Positions 12,701 through 23,324 of a stretch of 64,000 nt of DNA are shown one piece after another. Position 1 is the stretch's first letter. Every line of letters starts with the position of its first letter. Under the pieces are notes generated by a model. The model made no database searches and had not been told where the DNA came from. It worked only from the letters and a program-made list of their open reading frames with translations. The stretch lies in assembly GCA_043228905.1 (NCBI GenBank), contig JBHGNT010000017.1:8866001-8930000 (forward strand), given 5' to 3'. Both the position numbers and the translations under genes were made by a program. The stretch is from Azolla caroliniana (Eukaryota > Plantae > Polypodiophyta).

Positions 12701-13881
12701 ATGGACTCCGATTGTTACCTCCAAATCCCAGATCAACCCGTCCATTCGTACTGAGCTGGTGTCCGTCATCCGGAGCCAGAACCGGCATGGTTCCCATTCT
12801 TGGATTCCAAGAGTGTTGCATGTTTGGATGCTAATTACGTTTACTCCCGATCCACCATCGATGATCTTCCCCGGTATTTCCCGTCCTTTGATAATGGTGG
12901 TGATTGCAGGACTGCTGCTATCGACCACTGTCGGCCCTTCCTCCGGATTTGAAAAGAACGTCGGAGTCGGTGTGGGGTTAGGTTGGGCCCATGCTGATTT
13001 TAAACCATCGGTGAATCGGGGCACCAATTGCAGTAACCGACCCAGTGGTAGCATGATCTGGCATTCCTGTAATGCCTGCCAGGTGGGGTTATCCTGCTGC
13101 TTCGTCTCTGTAGGTTCTTCCAATGCGTTCCGCTGCTCCTTCAGTTTGGTGACATTCTGTTCATTTTCCTTTTCGATCCATTCCGTTGCTTGTTTGCGGA
13201 TAGTTTCATGGGCCTCTCATTCGGCCATCTTTCCATTTGATCTAGTGGTGACTTGCTGGATGTCCGCCACTTTTGCGACCGCCATGTTGACTGCTGGTTG
13301 TTTTTTGTTACTCTTGACCGGACATTGGTTGTTGTAGTGTTCCTCATGGCGGCAATAGTAGCAATACGCCTTTCGTGTATTGCTAGACTTTGCTTTTTGC
13401 ATGTTACCTGGTTGAAATCCGGATACTACCCGGTTAGGCTCCTCTGCTCTTCTTTGTTCCGTTTGAGCACTAGTTATGCTTTTGTCTAGCTCTCGTTGGT
13501 AATCCTTTGCCAGTTCCCAACAATCCTCTTTCTGAGCATTCCGTTTTTTATTATAGCGTCGATTGTTCTGGTATCCTTGCCGGCGCCGGTCTTCATAGTC
13601 TTCCCGTTGATCCTCTCTTCTCTGATCATAGTCGGGGGACCAATCTCGATAATAACAATCGTCGTTATAGTCGCGGCTTCTCTCGCTCCGGTCCTGGTCA
13701 TAATCATCTTGTACTGGTCGGTAGCGATCTTCTTGCCAAAATTGTTCTTCTTTGTCCTCTCAGTCGTTCTGGGTCTCAATGTGCCGGACTGGTGCAGCTT
13801 GCCGATTCAGCGGGTTGTACTCGCAGTGGTCCATTGTGTGAGACTGGGAATAGTATAGCATGCACTGCGATCTCATCGTGC
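9770..13881 (-). pseudogene. P1 gag-pol (gag C-terminus, PR, RT, RH, IN), fragmented
   Basis: [47 protein letters not shown] core is deleted near 11900. Collinear with P2 23325..27880. Confidence 0.92.
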
Positions 13882-13964
13882 ACTTTGAATCCTTCCGGTC
13901 CAGAACCCCGGTGGTTCCACCTCACGATCCGCGCGTAGTGACGGATCTTCACGACATAATTAAG

Positions 13965-13982
13965 TGGTGAACCCGACGTGAA
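13965..13982 (+). promoter_or_regulatory. Primer-binding site complementary to tRNA-Trp
   Basis: TGGTGAACCCGACGTGAA is the reverse complement of the plant cytosolic tRNA-Trp 3' end (...UUCACGUCGGGUUCACCA, recalled). It lies 8 nt after the LTR. Confidence 0.8.
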
Positions 13983-14017
13983 AGAGGCGGTAGGAAGGAT
14001 CAAGTCGAGATTAATAC

Positions 14018-16222
14018 TTGGAGATGGCGTCATCAAGCAACCAAGCAGGAGAGCTCGAAAGGATGATGCTAATCGTCGAGCAAATGATGAGATCTCAGGA
14101 CAACGACGCGAGCGTGGAGAAGGCTGTCGATCGTGTCGTGGAGCTCGAGGACCAATTCGATGGAAGGAACGTTACGAAGTTCCTTGATGCATATAGACGG
14201 GAGATGAATCAGAGGGACGTGTCCGAGGCACGTCAAATCGTAAGCTTCAAGAGAGTTGTCACCAACAACATCCAAAGACGCGTCATCGAGCTTCAAGAAG
14301 GTAAGACAACATGGTCTAAGTTCGAGAAAACGATACTAGCAGAGTTCGTGACTAAAGACTCAACGAGGATAACTCGACATGCCCTGATGAAGTGGATAGA
14401 GAAGAAGAATAAGAAGATGAGCGTCTCGAGGGTGTACGACGAATTCAACCAGATGTTTAGTCATCTCCCCAATATGGACCAAGTGTTGCTGGAAGAAGAC
14501 AAGACTTTGTACTTCTTGAAGGCCGTGGACATAAAGGATAGACGGGAGTTGGGGACTCTTCTCGAAGATGATACCCAAGCAAATGGGCTTGTAGCGGACT
14601 GGATCGCGGTGAAGCGGGCATGCAATAGGCTCGACAAGCGTCGCCAATGGGTTGATGACACCGACATGACGGGATCTACTACCACGGAGAAAGCAAGACC
14701 GCCGAAAGTAGCTGAGCCGCCAAGACAAAGTAACGTGGAAGAAAAGAAGATCGATGACGACATCATTGAAGAGCTAGCGAAGAAGTTCGAGGAGGTCACG
14801 CTAGCCAACATGAATCGTCGGGGCCCTAAAGGAAAAGAACCCTTTAGATGCGTGTGGTGCGATAGCATGGACCACATGAGAAGGGATTGTGCGAGCCTTC
14901 GAGAGGCGATTCGACAAAATATCGTATACATAGAGGACAACATGATCTGCTCAAGCGAGACTAGAAGACCCCTACGGGTGAATTTCGGAAGAGGAGGAAT
15001 GAAGAGATCTATGGAGGATGCCGATGCGACTCATGTGGATGCGATGCACTATGCTGCGTCGGCCGGAATAAGAGTCGGGAAAGACAAGACTGAAGCTGCT
15101 AGAGCGGGAGCAAAGTTTTGGACTTCCGTTCTCGAATATGAGAAGAATGGAAAAATCACATCGAACGAGGTAGAACTTGTGGACCGAAGCATGCAAAGCA
15201 TAACCGGGTGGTCGGATCCGGTGGACGACAACACCATACTCGCAGAGGTGATGTGCGACAACCACGAGGTGTTCGTCGAAGAAAAGAGAAAGAGAATAGA
15301 AGAGCAAGGCCCATCTAAAAGACATGAAACAAGGAACGCGAAAAAGAAGGATGATGCGGAGACGAGTCGACCTTTACAAACGGAGGAACGAGAATCAAGC
15401 CAAAAAGGGGAGCCGAGCATACGAGTTGAAGAAACGGTTCGGCCCGTGAAGGTTGGTGTCGAAGACCCCGCTCGGAGGACAAGGACTACACCTACCTATA
15501 AGCTAAGGTCGGACATAGAGCAGACGACGGACCTAAAGAAGATTCTCGAAGAACGAGTTCTTGATAGCCACGTAACTTTGTCCTTAAGGGAATTGCTTGG
15601 CATTACGAAGAAGGAGTTCCATGACACGATCGTGGACCTTGTAAAGAGAAAGAGACAACAATCGGACGAGGAAGAAGAGAAGCCGCAAAAAGCAAAAACG
15701 AATGCCATAACGATGGCAAGAGACGAAATCGATGAAGATATGGTGGACAGCCACTACACTCGACCTCATTGGGCACGAGCGACAACAGAGACGCCGGTGA
15801 AGATCGGGGAGAAGAAAGAGACCATGGTAGCCTTGATCGACCACGGCTCGGAGATCAACCTCATGTCAACCGACTTCTACAAAAAAGGAAGATGGCCAAT
15901 CAATACAAACCACGGATGGAAGATTCGCGCGGCAACAAAGTCTACGGAGGATTTGTACGGAGCTTGTCCCAATGTCAGAGTCACGATCGGGGATGTGGAG
16001 ATGGAACAACACTTCTTCGTACAAGAATCGGCGTCGCATCCTTTCATCCTAGGGCAACCTTATATCACATCATCTCGGATGGAGACCAAAGTGTTCGATA
16101 ATGGAGCAGCCTTCGCACGAATAAAGAGTCTTGACAACCAAAGATCGGTCCAATTCCTAACGGTGCGAGCCCATCATTAAAGGAATCAAGATAGTCTCGG
16201 AGGCGAATCCTCGGATTTTTAG
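14018..16222 (+). pseudogene. Element A ORF1: Gag plus aspartic protease
   Basis: 720-aa ORF with CVWCDSMDHMRRDC knuckle and ALIDHGSEIN protease. One premature TAA at 16178. The natural stop TAG at 16220-16222 is shared with copies B and C. Confidence 0.88.
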
Positions 16223-19200
16223 AGTGGACTATTGAAGCATGGGGCACAAATAGTCCGAGCAATCACAAGACCCCACAAGAAAGAAGAGTGCGTGGATTGC
16301 AAGGAGAAGCAACATGTGTCACACCTAGTGGCGCATGTAAACTAGTACTACCCGACAAGAAGCACAAGCGCCGGATACAAGAATTCGAGAAGATGCTGAA
16401 AGAAGAGAATATAATAGAAGAAGGAGAGTTCGTGACTCATATTATGGAAGAAGCCTCATTTAACAACACCATCGGCGAAATTGAGGACGTCGTGGACTTG
16501 AGCTATCTTCACAACCAACGCGTGATTTCGGTTAACTCCGTCAACATGTACGCTATCATCGATGAATACCGTCGTGGCATCTCGATGAAGGAAGCTAACA
16601 TCAACACGAAATATAAAATGGTGGATAAGAAGATCAAGCCAGTTGCGGTTCCGCTACCGGAAGATAGCTGGCAAAATATGAAGGAAGTCGCTAACGATCC
16701 AAGCTTAAGAGATCCGAAGAAGATAGGTCATGACTTCACCAAAGAGACGAAGGGGAAGCTACAAGTTGGAAAGGAGGATTTCCTTCTCCCTAAAGAGGAG
16801 CGAATGTTTCACGATATGCTTGAGAGACATGGGAAGGCTTTCGCATTCTTCCCACGAGAAATCGGATGCGCCGACCCAAAGGTTATAGAGCCGATGGTGA
16901 TCTTTACGGTGCCTCATGTGCCTTGGAATTTGAAACCGATACCCGTTCCGAGAGCACACCTTCCGAAGCTGATCGAGCTCTTAAAGGAGAAGGTGAGTAT
17001 GGGAATTCTAGAACCGTCGAATGCTCCTTATTCCAATAGGTGGTTCACGGTGCCAAAGAAGAATGGATCATTGCGATTCATCCAGGATCTTCAACCCGTC
17101 AACAAGGTGACAATTCGAAATGCCGGAATCGGTCCGAGTGTGGACGAATTTGCCGAAGCGTTTGCGGGCTGGTCCATCTACTCCATTGGCGATCTCTACT
17201 CCGGATATGACCAATTCCAATTGGCGATTGACAGTCGGGACATTACAACCATGAGGACTCCGATCGGGCTTGTGCGGATGTGTACCTTACCCCAAGGCGC
17301 AACGAACTCGGTGGCTCATATGGTGAATGCCATGAATAAAGTCTTGAAGGATTGCATTCCGGACATCACGATGCCATTCTTGGATGATATTCCGATAAAA
17401 GGATGTTCGGATGAGGAGAAAGATGAATCGAAAGATAAGGAAGGTTGTAGAAAGTTCGTTGCTGATCATATGAAAGATTGCGAGAAGGTGCTTCAAAGGC
17501 TCGAAGATGCGAATTTGACATTTTCGGGAGAAAAATCCGCATTCGGGCAACCGGAGATCTTGGTGGTAGGTCACTTGTGTGGAGCATACGGCCGGAAGCC
17601 CTCGCCATCCAAAGTGAACGCAATCCAAGACATGAAAGAAGAATGCGAAAACCAAACGGAGGTTCGAAGGTTCCTTGGAGCGTGCGCATTTGATCATATA
17701 TGGATTCCTCACTACGCTCATGTCGCCGAACCGTTATATGGACTACTAAAGAAAAGAATAAAGTTCGAATGGCGAGACGAGCACACAAAGGCGATGTGAA
17801 GATTAAAGAAACTGCTTCTTGAAGCTCCGGCACTAAGGAAGGCTGACTATGCCGAAGGGAAACCAATTTACATGACCGTAGATATGAGTCCAACCGGAAT
17901 CGGGTGGGTCATTAACCAAGAAGGTGAAGATAATGCGCGATATGCCGTCCGGTTCAGAGCAAAGGTTCTTAGCAAACGGCAACAAAGATATGCCCAAGTC
18001 AAGCGGGAACTTTGGGGTATTGTGTCAGCAGTGAAGACGGACAAAGATTACCTGATCAGGTCAGAAGTGATAATAGAGACAGATTGTCTCCCAATTCTCG
18101 GAATGGTCTCGGGATGTGCGACCCTAGATCTTGCTATGCTAAGGTGGATCACCTACATCAAGTCTTTAAACCTAGAGATCCGTCACATTGCAGGGAAGAA
18201 GAACGCCATGGCTGACATGCTGTCGAGGGCAAGATTTTCAAATGGAAGTAACATGGTTTCGGAAGATGAAGATATCGCCCTTGACTTCTTCAAGATGGCT
18301 CGATTGTCGGTAGAAGTCCAGGACACGCAAACCCTCCACGCCTTCAACGAGAACGAGTACGAAGGAGAGTGGTTACTCATTGGTAGATTCCTAAGAACAT
18401 TGACGGCAGATGCTTCGTTGACAAAGGAGGAGGCCCTACGAATCTAAAAGAAAGCTTACCGATACTTCTTGAAGGGAGGATTCCTTTGGCGACATCCAAA
18501 AAGAGGGACAGGAATACCACGTCGAGTGGTGGTAAAGAAAGAAGAGCAAGAGACGCTGATGACCGAATTCCACGAGACTGCTTGGGCAGGTCATAGAGGA
18601 ACATGGGCGACGTTCGAAAAGTTGAAGGAGAAGTACTGGTGGCCAAGCATGTACAAAGATGTACTCCATTTCGTGTCCACATGTGAAACTTGCCAAGTAT
18701 ATTCAAATATACGTCATCGTGATGAGTTAAAGCCGACATACCCACTCACCATACACTTCAAATGGATGGTGGATCTGGTCTCGATGCCAATGGGAGTGGG
18801 ACAAATGAAGTACTTAGCGCTGGCAAGGGAAGACTTGACAAATCAAGTGGAAGGACGAGCCTTGACAAATAAGATGACTTCAGCCGTTTGCAAATTTCTA
18901 CTTGAAGATGTTGTTTGCCAATATGGATGTGTGGGGAAGATAGTGGCCGACCGAGGGGAGTTGGATGCGCACGAAGTGATGGAGCTCTTCGAAAGACTAG
19001 GCGTGAAGCTCTCCCTAACGACTGCCTACAATCCGGAAGCAAATGGGAAGATCGAGCGAGGGCATGGACCTATCGTTAAAGCCATCGTACGGGCATGCAA
19101 CGGTCGAGTCGGGAATTGGCCACGACTATTACCCTATGCCTTGTGGGCCGATAGAACGACACATAGCTCGGTGACAGGGTATATGCCGACAGAGCTTATG

Positions 19201-19407
19201 TATGGACAAAAGCCGATTATGCCCATCGAAAGGACGATCGCCTCATGGGTAGCGATACCGTGGGAGAACGAGATGAGCCGAGAAGAGTTATTAGCCGCGC
19301 GAATAAGGCAACTTGAAAGAAGACCTGAAGATTTAGAAAAAGCGCGAAATATGATGAAGGCAGCCCGAGTAAAGAACAAAGTTCGGTTCGACAACACGAA
19401 TCGACTT
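16219..19407 (+). pseudogene. Element A ORF2: RT-RNaseH-integrase in the -1 frame, with in-frame stops
   Basis: YSNRWFTVPKKNG, LPQGATNS, PFLDD, TVDMSPTGIG, HRG...CETC, DRGE, ERGHGP. Confidence 0.92.
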
Positions 19408-19777
19408 TGTTGTATGTATGGCTGGACTAGCCGCAACACAGGTGTCTATCCGACACTTCTCCAAAGGGTGGTAGGGATAGGATGTTAATACACGCGTATG
19501 ATAATTACACTTAAGCACAGACGAAGACAAGATTAATCAGCATAAGCAAAACTATATTAATTCTTCGCGCTTTCATTACAAAACATCGGATCCTTTTATA
19601 GGCATCCGGCCAGATTACAATCGGTGCTCGGTAGGCAACCGTTAACCGAAACCGAATCGGTTCGGATCCGGATCGGTTACAACTACCGGATCCGTCCCTC
19701 CTAATAATTCTATTCCTATTTCTATATTTATCCGATCCGACCTTGCTTTCCCATTTGCCTTCTCTGACCGGTCAACA
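19408..19777 (-). repeat. P2 3' LTR
   Basis: TGTTG...CAACA, identical to 29134-29503. Confidence 0.97.
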
Positions 19778-19827
19778 CATGGCACGCCCGTGGGAAAGTG
19801 CATTGCACTTCGAACCCACAGCCGGCT

Positions 19828-22692
19828 TCAGTCTTCCTCCAACTTGTCAGGCAAACTCCGCTCCGAGGTTTCAAGTGTTGTTTTGCCTGTGCCGTCTCCG
19901 ACGTCCGATTGGATTGGCTGCCTTTTCGCATCTTGCTGCTCCGACTCTGCTTGTACCGGTGGTACCGGTGTTTCTTCTGTATCCTGTCCGGGTCTGTCCT
20001 GCTCCACCTCCGTTCCGTTCCCGGTATCGCTCTCTCCGGTTTCCACTGGTTGTGTCCTTTCCTCCCCGGATTCGGTACTTCTCTGTCTCCACTCTGCATC
20101 ATCCCCGGCATCAACCTGCTCTTGCTCCGGAAGTTCTTCCTCGGGTAATTCTTGTCGGGGTGCGTCGTTGTCGGTTGGGTTCTCTTCAGCCGATCGCTCG
20201 CCCTCACTGATGGAGATCGGCGTTGTGCGTCCCTCGGCTTCCTGTCGCACTCGGTCCTTCTCGTACCCTTCCAATTCCAGTTGGGTTTCGAGCTGCCCGT
20301 CATCCAACCTCTCTACTAACCCTCGGATTTCCTTGAGATGCTCTTCTGCTAGGGCATAGAAATCCTCCGACAATTCTTCCCGGATGTTGACGATACTTTC
20401 TTCGTCCATTTTATAGAACCCATCTCCGTTTTTCTTCCGATTTTCTGCATCAGCTCGGAGTATCTGCAGTTCAGCTGCCTGTTGTGCCCATTCCTTCCAG
20501 AGTTTCTCCGTGCTTTCATTTATGCTGGCCTGAGCTCGGGTACTCCAGCTTGACATGATGAACTTAATTCGGTCAACCCCTGCTTTAGCCTGTTCCGAAG
20601 CTGCTTGTTTTTCCTTCCTTATCCGTTTGATGATGTCGGCCATTAACTGAGCTTGAGTTTCAGAGTCGACTTTTTGCTTGTCACAGGTACTCCGCCATTT
20701 GTTGATTTCGAAAGTCGACTTCACTTTTTCCTCGTTCCAACTCTTTGTCAGCTCCCCTACTTTCTGCCGAAGTACTTCCATCTCTTTTCTTTGTTCCGAC
20801 GTCAAGGTCTTCTCCACCGATACTTCCTCCCTTGCTTTGGACAATTCCAAGCGGTTTTCCTTGAGCTGCTCTTTCAGCTTCTCTATCTGTCGGTCGTACG
20901 TTGCTGCCTGATTCTTGATGTCCGACGTGGCCTGTTTATAATCCTTACATAGTCGGTCGAATTCCTCCGTCTTCTGTTTTAGGCGTCGGTTCGCCTGATC
21001 TCGCAACCGATCATCCCGGTCCTTCTGTTGTCGGAGTTCCTCTCGCAACCGCTCGATTTCTTGCTCCATTCGTCGGCGCAGCCTATTTTTTTCCTTTTGC
21101 AGTGTCCCGTTTTCTTCTTGTAGTCGGTCATTGGTGGCTTTGCTTCGGCGAAGGCCTTCCTCCATTCGCCGTCTGTCGTCTTCTACCAACTTCCGCTGTT
21201 CTCTTTCGTTATCTCTCAATGCCTCCTGAGCCTGTAATTCTTCTTTCAAAGTTGCTATTAACTTCTCGGTCTCAGGGCCGGTTTGCAAGGCCTTCTCCGT
21301 TTCTGGTTCGGCTTGCTTTTCTGATGTCCCGACCGGCTCGGTGCCATCTTGCGCTTGTCGGCTGCCTTCTTTTGCCTGTGCTAGCTCTTCTTGCAGCCCA
21401 TGTAATTGTGCCCGGAGCATGACCATATCTTTAGTCGTCGTCCTAGTTACTTGTTCCCTTTGCTCCTCCTCTTTCTCCATCTGGTCTGCCACTCCCGACA
21501 ACTGCCCTGACACCCACCTTAGCCATTGTGCCTTTGTTCTGCCTTCGTTGGTGTCAGCAGGCGTACCTAGCTCCGACTGTTTTTCCGGCTGTTTCTCCGG
21601 CCTCTTCTCTTGTTCCGGCGCTTGTTCCTTTCTTTGTTCCTCGAACTCCGCTGCCGTCGGTTCCGGTACTGCCGTCTCTGGTGCAGACGGACCTTCATCC
21701 TGTGTCGCTTCTGTTCCGGTTACTGGAGGCGGTTCTTTTGCCCTTTGCTGAGTTCCGTCCGCTGTTGGGGTCGGTCTTGTCGCTCGTTTCTCCTTTCCTT
21801 GCCTGGGTGGTAGTATTAACCTTGGTTCGGATGAGTCTTCCTCTGTTTCAGCGTCCTCCGTCGGTGCCACTATTGGTTCCTTTACTGGTACCGGTTCCGA
21901 TTCGAGCGTTACTGGTTCCGTGTCGGTTTGCCTCTTGCTAGTCTTCTTTGCCAGCTTCTCTTTGCCTTTTTCCGCCTTTTTCTTCTTCATTGTCGGTTGC
22001 TGTTGCTGTTTCTGTGGCTGCCGTGATGGGCCTTCGTCCCGTTGCTGTCGGGATGAGTCTTCTTCCCGCGGCGCTTCTTCTTTCTGTGTCCATCCTGGGG
22101 TGTGTTTCTCTAGTATTCGTCGGCGCTTCATGGTTTGCTTCGGGGTAGTCTCCTGCCGACTTCTTTGCTTGTGCTTGATGGGGGACACCGGTGGGACCAA
22201 CACTGTTAACCATTGGGATATTCCGGCCCATGGCTTCTTCCCTTCCACCAAGTGCTTTATCGCCTCTTTCAGTCCTTCGGTGATGAAGTGGAGCCAGTCC
22301 ACCTGCAGGCCTTCGAATGTCGCGATGACGATCGCTGCTCGGTATTTGGCTATGGCTGCCGGACGAGGGTTCACGAACCCGTACTCCATCAGGGCGCGGG
22401 CCACCTCTCCGAACAGCAGGTTTTCTCCGCCCTGTGTGCGATACGCCTTGCTGCTAAGGGAATATTCGCCGAAATACTCGAAGAATATTTGGCTCGAGGG
22501 TAGCTCTATTGTTTGAAGTCCTCCCTCCGAAATCCCTGTGAGCGCTTGTACCGCTCCTTCAGTGACCTCTGCTAAGTCCACCGCTGTTGCCGCCTGCTCT
22601 GGTTCCTTGTGTGGTGGAGCGTCAGCGACCCGCAGCAGCCCTCCTAATCCGTTCTCTGTCAGCCATTGTCGCGCTCCGTCCGACAGTGCCAT
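19828..22692 (-). CDS. P2 extra ORF (about 954 aa from MALSDG; open to 22896): globular N-terminal domain, acidic linker, long coiled coil, acidic tail
   Basis: Open 1022-codon frame. Start chosen by homology to P1 MALYET. TATATAAA lies about 140 bp upstream (22828-22836). Confidence 0.85.
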   Translation of the reverse strand: MALSDGARQWLTENGLGGLLRVADAPPHKEPEQAATAVDLAEVTEGAVQALTGISEGGLQTIELPSSQIFFEYFGEYSLSSKAYRTQGGENLLFGEVARALMEYGFVNPRPAAIAKYRAAIVIATFEGLQVDWLHFITEGLKEAIKHLVEGKKPWAGISQWLTVLVPPVSPIKHKQRSRQETTPKQTMKRRRILEKHTPGWTQKEEAPREEDSSRQQRDEGPSRQPQKQQQQPTMKKKKAEKGKEKLAKKTSKRQTDTEPVTLESEPVPVKEPIVAPTEDAETEEDSSEPRLILPPRQGKEKRATRPTPTADGTQQRAKEPPPVTGTEATQDEGPSAPETAVPEPTAAEFEEQRKEQAPEQEKRPEKQPEKQSELGTPADTNEGRTKAQWLRWVSGQLSGVADQMEKEEEQREQVTRTTTKDMVMLRAQLHGLQEELAQAKEGSRQAQDGTEPVGTSEKQAEPETEKALQTGPETEKLIATLKEELQAQEALRDNEREQRKLVEDDRRRMEEGLRRSKATNDRLQEENGTLQKEKNRLRRRMEQEIERLREELRQQKDRDDRLRDQANRRLKQKTEEFDRLCKDYKQATSDIKNQAATYDRQIEKLKEQLKENRLELSKAREEVSVEKTLTSEQRKEMEVLRQKVGELTKSWNEEKVKSTFEINKWRSTCDKQKVDSETQAQLMADIIKRIRKEKQAASEQAKAGVDRIKFIMSSWSTRAQASINESTEKLWKEWAQQAAELQILRADAENRKKNGDGFYKMDEESIVNIREELSEDFYALAEEHLKEIRGLVERLDDGQLETQLELEGYEKDRVRQEAEGRTTPISISEGERSAEENPTDNDAPRQELPEEELPEQEQVDAGDDAEWRQRSTESGEERTQPVETGESDTGNGTEVEQDRPGQDTEETPVPPVQAESEQQDAKRQPIQSDVGDGTGKTTLETSERSLPDKLEED

Positions 22693-23324
22693 CGCTTCTT
22701 CTTCGTCTGCTGCTGCCTGTGGTCTGAGGTCGGGGTGTAGGTGTTCTGCGCGTCGGATCTTGCTGTCTTGAGCCTGCGTTTGCTTGTGGGAAAATTCGTA
22801 AAAAGTGAACCCTTCCCCGGTTCTTCCTTTATATAGTGGCGTTTCCCTCGAGCCGCCTTTTCCTGTTTTTCGCGCGTCCCCTGCCATAATTAGCATGTCA
22901 CTCTTTAATTTTCGACGGCTACACGTGTTCTGCCATAATTAGCATGTAACTATTTAATTCTGACGGCTGCACGTGTTCTGCCTATTTTTGGCGCCTGCGC
23001 ATGCTGTGTCATGAATAGTATGTCTGTCCTTTGCTGCCGCGTGTCATGCTTGCGTTTCTTTGCCGCGTGTGTCGAATCTCCTACGTGTCTGTCATTATGA
23101 CTCCTTAATTGACGCGCATTTTAAATCCTGTACCTCGGCCCCCCACGTTCTGTGCTTTAAATAGCTCGTGCACCCGTCTGACGGTTGTAACTACCTCCTT
23201 CATCATTACCATGATTTTTCTTGATCTTCTTGACCGTAGCACCACGTCATCATTTCTTTTTTTCTTTTTTTATTTTATTTTTTTTTTATTTTTTTTTATT
23301 TTTTATTTTTTTACATATGCCGCA

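Noticed and set aside
19828-22896. Retroviral env gene
   Set aside because: The position is env-like, but no signal peptide or transmembrane helix is visible. The protein is charged and coiled-coil.
23255-23312. Poly(A) tail of a LINE or SINE insertion
   Set aside because: No TSD or element body is present. It is an A-rich tract just after the pol stop, and a shorter T-rich tract occurs at the equivalent P1 position (about 9674-9692).
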